From Escherichia coli (GTDB lineage: Bacteria; Pseudomonadota; Gammaproteobacteria; Enterobacterales; Enterobacteriaceae), in NCBI RefSeq assembly GCF_003790525.1, contig NZ_CP033635.1: 64,000 bases of DNA; one strand, given 5' to 3'. The notes below the pieces were generated by a model. That model did no database searches. It saw nothing but the letters and a program-made list of their open reading frames with translations, and was not told where the DNA came from. Both the position numbers and the translations under genes were made by a program. Positions within the stretch are counted from its first letter, which is position 1. Each line of letters begins with the position of its first letter. This document shows positions 49,701 through 59,661 of this stretch, piece by piece.

Positions 49701-50849
49701 CTGCGCGAAGTTTTGGATAACGCCAAATTCCGCGATAATCCGTCGCCATTAACCGTGGTGCTGGGTAAAGATATCGCCGGTGAGCCGGTGGTTGCCGATC
49801 TGGCAAAAATGCCGCACTTGTTGGTTGCGGGGACTACCGGTTCCGGTAAGTCTGTCGGGGTGAACGCGATGATCCTGAGCATGCTTTATAAAGCACAGCC
49901 AGAAGATGTGCGTTTCATCATGATCGACCCGAAAATGCTGGAGCTTTCGGTTTATGAAGGCATTCCGCATCTGTTAACGGAAGTTGTTACTGATATGAAA
50001 GATGCCGCCAACGCGCTGCGCTGGTGTGTTAACGAGATGGAGCGTCGTTATAAACTGATGTCTGCGCTGGGTGTGCGTAATCTGGCGGGTTATAACGAAA
50101 AAATTGCTGAAGCCGATCGCATGATGCGTCCGATTCCAGACCCGTACTGGAAGCCGGGTGACAGTATGGATGCCCAGCATCCGGTGCTGAAAAAAGAACC
50201 GTACATTGTGGTGTTGGTGGACGAATTTGCCGACCTGATGATGACGGTAGGTAAAAAAGTGGAAGAGCTTATAGCACGTCTGGCGCAAAAAGCCCGTGCC
50301 GCGGGTATCCACCTCGTACTGGCAACGCAGCGTCCATCGGTTGATGTTATTACTGGTCTGATTAAAGCGAATATTCCGACCCGTATCGCCTTTACCGTAT
50401 CCAGTAAGATTGACTCACGTACCATTCTTGATCAGGCTGGCGCGGAATCACTGCTGGGTATGGGGGATATGCTTTACTCTGGGCCGAACTCCACGTTGCC
50501 GGTACGTGTTCATGGTGCTTTTGTTCGCGATCAGGAAGTTCATGCCGTGGTGCAGGACTGGAAAGCGCGTGGTCGCCCACAGTATGTTGATGGCATCACC
50601 TCCGACAGTGAAAGCGAAGGTGGCGCGGGCGGTTTCGATGGCGCTGAAGAACTGGATCCGTTGTTCGATCAGGCGGTGCAGTTTGTCACTGAAAAACGCA
50701 AAGCATCAATTTCTGGCGTACAGCGTCAGTTCCGCATTGGTTATAACCGTGCAGCGCGTATTATCGAACAGATGGAAGCGCAGGGGATTGTCAGCGAACA
50801 GGGGCACAACGGTAATCGTGAAGTGCTGGCCCCACCGCCGTTTGACTAA
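46740..50849 (+). CDS. ftsK: DNA translocase FtsK
   Basis: N-terminal TM domain, long Pro/Gln-rich linker, C-terminal motor (GTTGSGKS) and gamma domain; apparent TTG start. Confidence 0.9.
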   Translation: MSQEYTEDKEVTLTKLSSGRRLLEALLILIVLFAVWLMAALLSFNPSDPSWSQTAWHEPIHNLGGMPGAWLADTLFFIFGVMAYTIPVIIVGGCWFAWRHQSSDEYIDYFAVSLRIIGVLALILTSCGLAAINADDIWYFASGGVIGSLLSTTLQPLLHSSGGTIALLCVWAAGLTLFTGWSWVTIAEKLGGWILNILTFASNRTRRDDTWVDEDEYEDDEEYEEDESHGKQHESRRARILRGALARRKRLAEKFINPMGRQTDAALFSGKRMDDDEEITYTARGVAADPDDVLFSGNRATQPEYDEYDPLLNGAPITEPVAVAAAATTATQSWAAPVEPVTQTPPVASVDVPPAQPTVAWQPVPGPQTGEPVIAPAPEGYPQQPQYAQPAVQYNEPLQQPVQPQQPYYAPAAEQSAQQPYYAPAPEQSAQQPYYAPAPEQSVAGNAWQAEEQQSTFAPQSTYQTEQTYQQPAAQEPLYQQPQPVEQQPVVEPEPVVEETKPARPPLYYFEEVEEKRAREREQLAAWYQPIPEPVKEPEPIKSSLKAPSVAAVPPVEAAAAVSPLASGVKKATLATGAAATVAAPVFSLANSGGPRPQVKEGIGPQLPRPKRIRVPTRRELASYGIKLPSQRAAEEKAREAQRNQYDSGDQYNDDEIDAMQQDELARQFAQTQQQRYGEQYQHDVPVNAEDADAAAEAELARQFAQTQQQRYSGEQPAGANPFTLDDFEFSPMKALLDDGPHEPLFTPIVEPVQQPQQPIAPQQQYQQPQQPVAPQPQYQQPQQPVAPQQQYQQPQQPVAPQPQYQQPQQPVAPQPQYQQPQQPVAPQQQYQQPQQPVAPQPQYQQPQQPVAPQPQDTLLHPLLMRNGDSRPLHKPTTPLPSLDLLTPPPSEVEPVDTFALEQMARLVEARLADFRIKADVVNYSPGPVITRFELNLAPGVKAARISNLSRDLARSLSTVAVRVVEVIPGKPYVGLELPNKKRQTVYLREVLDNAKFRDNPSPLTVVLGKDIAGEPVVADLAKMPHLLVAGTTGSGKSVGVNAMILSMLYKAQPEDVRFIMIDPKMLELSVYEGIPHLLTEVVTDMKDAANALRWCVNEMERRYKLMSALGVRNLAGYNEKIAEADRMMRPIPDPYWKPGDSMDAQHPVLKKEPYIVVLVDEFADLMMTVGKKVEELIARLAQKARAAGIHLVLATQRPSVDVITGLIKANIPTRIAFTVSSKIDSRTILDQAGAESLLGMGDMLYSGPNSTLPVRVHGAFVRDQEVHAVVQDWKARGRPQYVDGITSDSESEGGAGGFDGAEELDPLFDQAVQFVTEKRKASISGVQRQFRIGYNRAARIIEQMEAQGIVSEQGHNGNREVLAPPPFD
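48993..49308 (+). repeat. In-frame 39-bp tandem repeats in the ftsK linker
   Basis: About 8 tandem copies encoding PQQPVAPQ(Q/P)QYQQ. Confidence 0.7.
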
Positions 50850-50854
50850 TTAAT

Positions 50855-50897
50855 GCATCGTATGCCGGAAAAGGCGCGGTAGCGTCGCATCCGGCAC
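50855..50897. repeat. REP element
   Basis: ATGCCGGA...GCATCCGGCA palindromic unit after ftsK. Confidence 0.45.
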
Positions 50898-51007
50898 TCT
50901 ATCAACTGAAAATTCAGTATTTTCTTCTTTCCTCAAGCTGATTATTAGCCTGGAATAGAGAGTAGAGGGAGCTCCCGGTCGGGAGTGACGTAATTTGAGG
51001 AATAATG

Positions 51008-51619
51008 ATGAAAAAAATTGCTATCACCTGTGCATTACTCTCAAGCTTAGTAGCAAGCAGCGTTTGGGCTGATGCCGCAAGCGATCTGAAAAGCCGCCTG
51101 GATAAAGTCAGCAGCTTCCACGCCAGCTTCACACAAAAAGTGACTGACGGTAGCGGCGCGGCGGTGCAGGAAGGTCAGGGCGATCTGTGGGTGAAACGTC
51201 CAAACTTATTCAACTGGCATATGACTCAACCTGACGAAAGCATTCTGGTTTCTGACGGTAAAACACTGTGGTTCTATAACCCGTTCGTTGAGCAAGCTAC
51301 GGCAACCTGGCTGAAAGATGCCACCGGTAATACGCCGTTTATGCTGATTGCCCGCAACCAGTCCAGCGACTGGCAGCAGTACAATATCAAACAGAATGGC
51401 GATGACTTTGTCCTGACGCCGAAAGCCAGCAATGGCAATCTGAAGCAGTTCACCATTAACGTGGGACGTGATGGCACAATCCATCAGTTTAGCGCGGTGG
51501 AGCAGGACGATCAGCGCAGCAGTTATCAGCTGAAATCCCAGCAAAATGGGGCTGTGGATGCAGCGAAATTTACCTTCACCCCGCCGCAAGGCGTCACGGT
51601 AGATGATCAACGTAAGTAG
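51008..51619 (+). CDS. lolA: Outer-membrane lipoprotein carrier protein
   Basis: Signal peptide [21 protein letters not shown] then LolA fold. Confidence 0.9.
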
Positions 51620-51629
51620 AGGCACCTGA

Positions 51630-52973
51630 GTGAGCAATCTGTCGCTCGATTTTTCGGATAATACTTTTCAACCTCTGGCCGCGCGTATGCGGCCAGAAAA
51701 TTTAGCACAGTATATCGGCCAGCAACATTTGCTGGCTGCGGGGAAGCCGTTGCCGCGCGCTATCGAAGCCGGGCATTTGCATTCTATGATCCTCTGGGGG
51801 CCGCCGGGTACCGGCAAAACAACCCTCGCTGAAGTGATTGCCCGCTATGCGAACGCTGATGTGGAACGTATTTCTGCCGTCACCTCTGGTGTGAAAGAGA
51901 TTCGCGAGGCGATCGAGCGCGCTCGGCAAAACCGCAATGCAGGTCGCCGCACTATTCTTTTTGTTGACGAAGTTCACCGTTTCAACAAAAGCCAGCAGGA
52001 TGCATTTCTGCCACATATTGAAGACGGCACCATCACTTTTATTGGCGCAACCACTGAAAACCCGTCGTTTGAGCTTAATTCGGCACTGCTTTCCCGTGCC
52101 CGTGTCTATCTGTTGAAATCCCTGAGTACAGAGGATATTGAGCAAGTACTGACTCAGGCGATGGAAGACAAAACCCGTGGCTATGGTGGTCAGGATATTG
52201 TTCTGCCAGATGAAACACGACGCGCCATTGCTGAACTGGTGAATGGCGACGCGCGCCGGGCGTTAAATACGCTGGAAATGATGGCGGATATGGCCGAAGT
52301 CGATGATAGCGGTAAGCGGGTCCTGAAACCTGAATTACTGACCGAAATCGCCGGTGAACGTAGCGCCCGCTTTGATAACAAAGGCGATCGCTTTTACGAT
52401 CTGATTTCCGCATTGCATAAGTCGGTACGTGGTAGCGCACCCGATGCGGCGCTGTACTGGTATGCGCGAATTATTACCGCCGGTGGCGATCCGTTATATG
52501 TTGCGCGTCGTTGCCTGGCAATTGCTTCCGAAGATGTCGGCAATGCCGACCCACGGGCGATGCAGGTGGCAATTGCGGCCTGGGATTGCTTTACTCGCGT
52601 TGGCCCGGCGGAAGGTGAACGCGCCATTGCTCAGGCGATTGTTTACCTGGCCTGCGCGCCAAAAAGCAACGCTGTCTACACCGCGTTTAAAGCCGCGCTG
52701 GCCGATGCTCGCGAACGTCCCGATTATGACGTGCCGGTTCATTTGCGTAATGCGCCGACGAAATTAATGAAGGAAATGGGCTACGGGCAGGAATATCGTT
52801 ACGCTCATGATGAAGCAAACGCTTATGCTGCCGGTGAGGTTTATTTCCCGCCGGAAATAGCACAAACACGCTATTATTTCCCGACAAACAGGGGCCTTGA
52901 AGGCAAGATTGGCGAAAAGCTCGCCTGGCTGGCTGAACAGGATCAAAATAGCCCCATAAAACGCTACCGTTAA
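51630..52973 (+). CDS. rarA: Replication-associated recombination protein A (AAA+ ATPase)
   Basis: 447 aa; GPPGTGKTT Walker A; GTG start. Confidence 0.9.
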
Positions 52974-53042
52974 TGTTATCGTTGCGGTAATGTTGTTACT
53001 GTATCCCTGTGGTCGCAGGCTGTGGCCACATCTCCCATTTAA

Positions 53043-54356
<1,314 letters not shown>

Positions 54357-54376
54357 TACCCAATTTTTCTGAATCT

Positions 54377-54399
54377 AAAAAGCGCCTGCGGGCGCTTTT
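54377..54399 (+). terminator. serS terminator
   Basis: AAAAAGCGCCTGCGGGCGCTTTT. Confidence 0.65.
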
Positions 54400-54554
54400 G
54401 CATGGTACTTAACTATATGAAAATAAATGGATTTTATTTTCATGTGTCCAGATAATGTCCATCTTTGAAGAAAAAAGTCCACAATACTGACGTTGTGGGC
54501 TTTTCTTTTTCCTGATGGTGTCGTGCCGTCAGTGCAACGAACCAAAGGGAGGGG

Positions 54555-54782
54555 ATGTTGATGTTGTTTTCCCTTCGCACCAGCTTTAAAGCCACTCTTG
54601 TTAACGATGATGGTACGCCACGGATCACGGCCGAGGTGAGGAATGTGACACCTGATGATATCGGGAAGGTGGCGGAACTTGTCAGGGATGTTTTTGGTAC
54701 TCCTTCCGGTACCTGCCGTTCAGACTCTGCGGCCAGGGTTGACAGGCAGGATGTTAACGCCGGGTGGCTTACGCGCCTCTGA
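54555..54782 (+). CDS. Hypothetical small protein (75 aa), possible distant paralogue of the 71-aa array protein
   Basis: Strong SD AGGGAGGGG before ATG; convergent with hok-like copy 1; shares the M.LF..R...GTP pattern with the 57756 ORF. Confidence 0.4.
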   Translation: MLMLFSLRTSFKATLVNDDGTPRITAEVRNVTPDDIGKVAELVRDVFGTPSGTCRSDSAARVDRQDVNAGWLTRL

Positions 54783-54932
54783 ATGATGATGCCCTCACTG
54801 GTGAGGGTGACAAAAAAGCCCTCTCAATGGCGGGCAAATCTGGTTTTTTGTTTTGTCTCTACAGGGAAAGGGCGCCATATCGGCCCACCCCAACAACCGG
54901 ATAGCGGGGAATTTCTCCCCCGCTGCGGTTTC

Positions 54933-55073
54933 TTACGGTTTACACTGCAAGAACGCCGCAAAACGCGCTCCCCAGATATCAAAGCTGAATTCACATAACG
55001 AATCGTGGACCATCCAGATGACCAGGGTTATTGTCAGGCATAAAATGCCAACAATAATCGTTTTTTGCGGTAT
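54933..55073 (-). pseudogene. Hok/Gef-family toxin homologue, copy 1, start codon ATG->ATA
   Basis: Hand-translated ...LCLTITLVIWMVHDSLCEFSFDIWGARFAAFLQCKP; the position aligned to the ATG of copy 2 is ATA (TAT at 55071-55073 on the + strand); overlapping mok-like frame 54991..55173. Confidence 0.45.
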
Positions 55074-55314
55074 AGCGCTTGCTCCTTTTACAAAGAGGCG
55101 CTAACCTTCCACTTGTCACGGTAGGAAGGGTCAGGCCTCGGTTAAACACAGATGTTTTCCGGGGCCTTTCCACATCCGGCCTTCAGGTTTTCCCTCCGGC
55201 CATCAGCCGAAAGGCACCCGTTTCTTTTTGTTGCGGCAATATTTCAGGTGTCAGTTGGGGTGGGCTGTATCTTGTCTGATGCATAAAAAAATGCCCGCGC
55301 TTTGGCGGGCAAAA

Positions 55315-55496
55315 GACAAGACTTTTCGTTTGTATATCATGGATAATGGACACCCCTTCCTGTTGTCAGGTGGCAGGCACCCGTGGTTAATCTACTGTTT
55401 TTGTGCTTTTGTCTCAACCCTGAAGTTTTCATGGAAAATCAGGGTTGCTTCATATGTGCCAGGAAGGTGCGGCTATGATAACTGCCAAAAAAAGCC
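55315..55496 (-). ncRNA. Structured repeat element X1 (candidate sRNA, subtype a)
   Basis: ~170 bp bounded by hairpins; internal perfect stems (CAACCCTGA...TCAGGGTTG, CCTTCC...GGAAGG); no SD-led ORF. Confidence 0.3.
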
Positions 55497-55525
55497 CGCT
55501 TTCCGGCGGGCAAAACAGCAATGTG

Positions 55526-55683
55526 AGTTGTCTGTCATTGATACTGGACAGCCTTCCTGTTGTCAGGTGGAAGGTACCCGTGGTTAATCTACTGTCTTTG
55601 TGCTTTTGTCTCAACCCTGAAGTTTTCATGGAAAATCAGGGTTGCTTCATGTGAACCAGGAAGGTGAGGCGATGGTAACCGCC
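55526..55683 (-). ncRNA. Structured repeat element X2 (candidate sRNA, subtype b)
   Basis: Near-identical core to X1 with a different distal end (CAGCAATGTGAGTTGTCTGTCATTGATACTGG). Confidence 0.3.
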
Positions 55684-55930
55684 AAAAAAATGCCCGCTTT
55701 CCGGCGGGCAAAACAAGGAAGTACGGATCATGTATTATTGATTACGAGGCATTCCACCATGCCCACGTTTAATTTAGCTAGTTTTCATTTTATTCACAAT
55801 ATAGTTACTTATCATATTTATGAACAAAACTGTAATTTCATCTATAGGTATAAGTGATTTGCATTAACATGTTTCTTCTGTATTGCTGTTGGTTTTCCGA
55901 TGCTGATATTTATGATACATTCAGGGGCAA

Positions 55931-56135
55931 ATGAGGTTGTTCCACAGAAACGATGTTGAGATATTTCTGCTCCAGAAAGGACAAGCTAAAAAAATAAAGT
56001 GAAATTATGATATGTCAGGGATGTTCAGGCATGTCAGTGTCTTATTAATAAACTCGTTGCTGCTGTAATAACACCAAAAAAATCAAAGCATAATCTGCAT
56101 GTTGTTCCTGATGACCCAATAACCACAAAAGAATA
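55931..56135 (+). pseudogene. Degenerate copy of the small array protein gene (frameshift/early stop)
   Basis: Begins MRLFHRNDVEI... then stops after 23 aa; the downstream DNA still aligns with the intact copy through ...CTGATGACCC(A/C)ATAACCACAAAAGAATAA. Confidence 0.4.
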
Positions 56136-56164
56136 AAAAAATGCCCGCTTTCCGGCGGGCAAAA

Positions 56165-56333
56165 CAGCAATGTGAGTTGTCTGTCATTGATACTGGACAC
56201 CCTTCCTGTTGTCAGGTGGAAGGCACCCGTGGTTAATCTACTGTCTTTGTGCTTTTGGCTCAACCCTGAAGTTTTCATGGAAAATCAGGGCTGCTTTGTG
56301 TGCGCCAGGGAAGGCGCCTCGATGGCAGGCGCA
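56165..56333 (-). ncRNA. Structured repeat element X3 (subtype b)
   Basis: Copy of X2 between hairpins at 56134 and 56333. Confidence 0.3.
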
Positions 56334-56586
56334 AAAAAAATGCCCGTGCTTCGGCGGGCAAAATAAGGAAGTACAGGTTACATGTTATTGATAAAGTAGC
56401 ATTGCTCTGTCCGTCTTTAATCTAACGAGTTTTGAGTTTTTTCACAATATTGTTACCTGTCATGTTATAGATGAAACTGCAATTTCATCTATAGGTATAA
56501 ATGATTTGTATTAATGTGTGTCCACTGTTTGTCTGCTTTCTGGTTTTCAGTTGACTGTGTTTCTGATGAATTCAGGAGGTTGTCTT

Positions 56587-56685
56587 ATGAGGCTGTTCCA
56601 CAGAAACGATATTGAGATTGAACTGCATTTCTCCTCCGGTGAGGATAAGGTTAAATCATTGTTGATGAAAAAAACAAAGATTTAA
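56587..56685 (+). pseudogene. 3'-truncated copy of the small array protein gene
   Basis: MRLFHRNDIEIELHFSSGEDKVKSLLMKKTKI*; AGGAGG SD; identical to the intact copy for 23 codons, then diverges. Confidence 0.35.
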
Positions 56686-56937
56686 TTTATTGATATAAAG
56701 GATTTGTATCAGCGTATGTCCACGCAGTGACCACATTTTCGAGAGGTAGAGTAAGCCCGCAACATTGCGGGCTTTGTCTTATAGTCTGATCACTGTTTCA
56801 AGTCGGTGAGGACACCAAAAAGAAAACCCGCAGTTTTTATGCTGCGGGTTTGTTGTTCATGTCTGTGAGATAGGGTGCCTTATCGACCTTACCCTGGCAA
56901 CCGATTGACGGGGGATTGCTCCCCCGTCGCGGTTTCC

Positions 56938-57078
56938 TTACTTCTTACATTGTAAGAACGCCGCAAACTCCGCTCCCCAGAAGCTCATCCGTATTTCGCA
57001 CAGCGAACCGTGCAATATCCAGATGATGAGGATTGCCGTCACGCAGAACGTGATGGCCGTAAGCGATTTTTGCGACAT
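56938..57078 (-). CDS. Hok/Gef-family type I toxin homologue (46 aa), copy 2, intact
   Basis: Hand-translated MSQKSLTAITFCVTAILIIWILHGSLCEIRMSFWGAEFAAFLQCKK: TM helix plus SLCE(I/L)R and AAFLxC signature of Hok proteins; fully overlapped by a mok-like frame (56945..57178). Confidence 0.65.
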   Translation of the reverse strand: MSQKSLTAITFCVTAILIIWILHGSLCEIRMSFWGAEFAAFLQCKK

Positions 57079-57335
57079 AGCACTTGCTCCTTTTCCGGAG
57101 AGGCGCTAACCTTTCACTTGTCAAGGTAATGCGGTTAGGGCCTCGGTTAAACAGAAATGTTTTCCGGGGCCTTTCCACATCCGGCCTTCAGGTTTTCCCT
57201 CCGGCCATCAGCCGAAAGGCACCCGCGCGTAATTTAACTGTTTCTTTTTGTTGCGGCAATATTTCAGGTGTCAGTTGGGGTGGGCTGTATCTTGTCTGAT
57301 GCATAAAAAAATGCCCGCGCTTCGGCGGGCAAAAA

Positions 57336-57504
57336 ACAAGACTTTTCGTTTGTATATCATGGATAATGGACACCCTTCCTGTTGTCAGGGGGAGGTACCC
57401 GTAGCTAATCTACTCACTTTGTGCCCGCAGCTCAACCCTGAAGTTTTCATGGAAAATCAGGGCTGCTTTGTGTGCGCCAGGGAAGGCGCCTCGATGGCAG
57501 GCGC
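57336..57504 (-). ncRNA. Structured repeat element X4 (subtype a)
   Basis: Copy of X1 between hairpins at 57305 and 57505. Confidence 0.3.
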
Positions 57505-57755
57505 AAAAAAAATGCCCGCTCTCCGGCGGGCAAAACAATGATCTACGTCACATTATATTGATAACCGGGCATTCCTCCATGCCCATTTTTAATTTAGCCA
57601 TTTTTCATTTTGTTCACAATATAGTTATCTATCATATTCATGAATGAAATTATAATTTCATCTATAGGTATAAATGATTTGTGTTAATATGTTTCTCCTG
57701 TCTAACTGTTTTCTCATTTTTCGATACTAGTATTTCTGATATATTCAGGGGGCGT

Positions 57756-57971
57756 ATGAGATTGTTCCGAAGAAACGATATTGAGATTGAACTGCATTTC
57801 TCCTCCGGTGAGGATAAGGTTAAATCAATAAAGGTGAAACTAAGACATGCCCGGGATGTTCAGGCGTGTCAGTGTCTTATTGATGAACTCGTTGCTGCCG
57901 GAGGAACGCCAAAAAAACAAAAATATAATCTGCACGTGGTTCCTGATGACCCCATAACCACAAAAGAATAA
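57756..57971 (+). CDS. Small basic protein (71 aa), intact copy of the array family
   Basis: MRLFRRNDIEIELHFSSGEDKVKSIKVKLRHARDVQACQCLIDELVAAGGTPKKQKYNLHVVPDDPITTKE; GGGGG SD; AT-rich promoter-like region upstream; two degenerate paralogues nearby. Confidence 0.5.
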   Translation: MRLFRRNDIEIELHFSSGEDKVKSIKVKLRHARDVQACQCLIDELVAAGGTPKKQKYNLHVVPDDPITTKE

Positions 57972-58113
57972 AAAAATGCCCGCTTTCCGGCGGGCAAAAA
58001 ACAATTTAGGTCATATTTCATCATGGATAATTAAATACTTGCCCGTGGTTGCGGGAAAGTATCTGCCGTTAATCTACTTGCCTTATGATGTCCTCTCAAC
58101 CTGATTATTGTTC

Positions 58114-58365
58114 TTAAATATCAAGATTAATCTGAGTATTCCCCCTGTGAGATCCCGGAAAATCTTCCCACGGTATCCGCTCTGTACCCTGCGGCGACGG
58201 GGCGCGTTTTGATGTGAATTTGTTAAAACCCTCCAGTGTGGTAAAGCCGATCCCGCATTCGAGGTTATTGCACTGGTAGTACTTCAGGCGAACTGTGCCT
58301 GAATCATTTTCATTGCGACTGGTGCGGATACGTGCGGATGCACCGCATAGGGGACAACGGAACAT
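58114..58365 (-). CDS. ogr: Ogr/Delta-family zinc-finger late transcription activator
   Basis: MFRCPLCG...YYQCNNLECG: CxxC...CxxxxC spacing as in P2 Ogr. Confidence 0.8.
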   Translation of the reverse strand: MFRCPLCGASARIRTSRNENDSGTVRLKYYQCNNLECGIGFTTLEGFNKFTSKRAPSPQGTERIPWEDFPGSHRGNTQINLDI

Positions 58366-58408
58366 GGCTTCTCCTTATCTGGCTGAGTGGAGATGGCTCA
58401 TTTTAATT

Positions 58409-59500
58409 TTATCCGCCTGAATCTGCTATCCATTCGGGGATTTTCGCTTCCAGCTCCAGTTGTGTGGTGAAGCCGCTTTCATCTATGATGTGCTCCACCC
58501 TGGCAATAATCCAGTCCTGATTGTCCACCTCGCTTTTAAAACCTGTTACCCTGCCGTGCATTTCGGGATACAGGTCGGCACGACCCCGTGCCAGAGTGAT
58601 GGAGAATGCCGCTGCTCCCCGCTGTAACTCCTGCCACTTTGCCGCAGCTGCACGTCGTGCGGTTTCTTCATTCTGGTAAGTCCTGCGCAGAACGTAGACG
58701 TTCCCTTCCGCGCCTTCCATGTAATCACCCTCCCGGCTGCTGCTCTTCTCCTGTTTCTGTTTCCCGGCTTCCCTGCGTCGCTTCACGTTCACTTTTTTCT
58801 TGTGCCCGAACTTCAGATCGAGCCAGTGCGCCCGGACCCCCGTATACGCATCACGGTCAGCAATGCGAAAGCGGTGACTGTCGCCGCTGCTGCGGGTAAT
58901 GGCGAACGAAGGCAGGGCTCTTCCGTCCGGCCCGGTTCCGCCACCCGGCAGAATGAATAACAGGCTGCCGTTTTTTACGGTGGCAATCGCACCCAGCATT
59001 TCAGCCATGCGGGTCAGGAAGGATATATCGCTCTCTTCGGTCTGGTCAGCGTGGTCAATTTCGATATCCATGAGGATTTCGCTTATCTGTGTCTTCAGGC
59101 CGTAGCGGTGAGCGATGGCTGACACAACCTGTTTTACGGTCACGTCGTGCCAGGATACCTCCCGCCTCACGTTGAACTCTTCCCGAAAATCTGCGCTGCT
59201 GGCGGTGATGATCAGTTTATCTGGAGGTCCTTCCCACGCAACCTCATCAACGACGTAGGTGCCCTTGTTAACCAGTGATTCTCCTCGCCAGCCAATCATC
59301 ACTCTCAGGCGTGCGCCACGTGGTGGCAACTGTAACTGCCCGTCCGTATCGTCAAGGGTGAGGGTGACGCGGTCTGCCTCAAAGGCCCGGTTATCCGTCA
59401 GGGTCAGCGTCATGAGTCGCTCTGTGAGGTTTGCCAGTGTGTTGTTGTTGATGGTGATGTCGATATCCGGTGACGGAACGGTAACTGACAGCTCTTTCAT
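58409..59500 (-). CDS. P2 gpD-like tail protein (late control D)
   Basis: ...LTLTDNRAFEADRVTLTLDD...DISFLTRMAE...SGDSHRFRIADRDAYTGVRAHW... parallels P2 D; start at MKELSV with AGGAGAG SD. Confidence 0.8.
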   Translation of the reverse strand: MKELSVTVPSPDIDITINNNTLANLTERLMTLTLTDNRAFEADRVTLTLDDTDGQLQLPPRGARLRVMIGWRGESLVNKGTYVVDEVAWEGPPDKLIITASSADFREEFNVRREVSWHDVTVKQVVSAIAHRYGLKTQISEILMDIEIDHADQTEESDISFLTRMAEMLGAIATVKNGSLLFILPGGGTGPDGRALPSFAITRSSGDSHRFRIADRDAYTGVRAHWLDLKFGHKKKVNVKRRREAGKQKQEKSSSREGDYMEGAEGNVYVLRRTYQNEETARRAAAAKWQELQRGAAAFSITLARGRADLYPEMHGRVTGFKSEVDNQDWIIARVEHIIDESGFTTQLELEAKIPEWIADSGG

Positions 59501-59661
59501 GGTGTTCTCTCCTGGTGCGTTCTGTAATGGTTTCATGCACCGCAGCGGCGTTGAATGGCTGTTTTGTTGTCGCTGTCAGGAGACAACATCAAAGGGGTGA
59601 GATTACCGCGTGTGTGGGTAATGATTACGCAAAATCAACCAGCCAGACAAGGGTGAAACAT

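Larger units (their letters stand above)
55285..57999 (-). repeat. Eight copies of a near-identical hairpin (minus-strand terminator-like)
   Basis: A7-TGCCCGC(N5-6)GCGGGCA-A4 at ~55285-55314, 55497-55525, 55684-55714, 56134-56164, 56333-56364, 57305-57335, 57505-57535, 57970-57999; the A7 run gives a U7 tract after the stem on the minus strand. Confidence 0.55.

Noticed and set aside
56045-56278. 77-aa minus-strand ORF within the X3 element
   Set aside because: It has no SD, reads straight through a terminator hairpin, and comes from the strongly structured repeat. It is more plausibly non-coding.
55285-57999. Regularly recurring hairpin repeat considered as a CRISPR array
   Set aside because: The repeats are A-tract-flanked terminator hairpins with irregular spacing (about 170 to 1100 bp), the intervening sequences are themselves repeated, and there is no leader or cas gene. 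It is not CRISPR.
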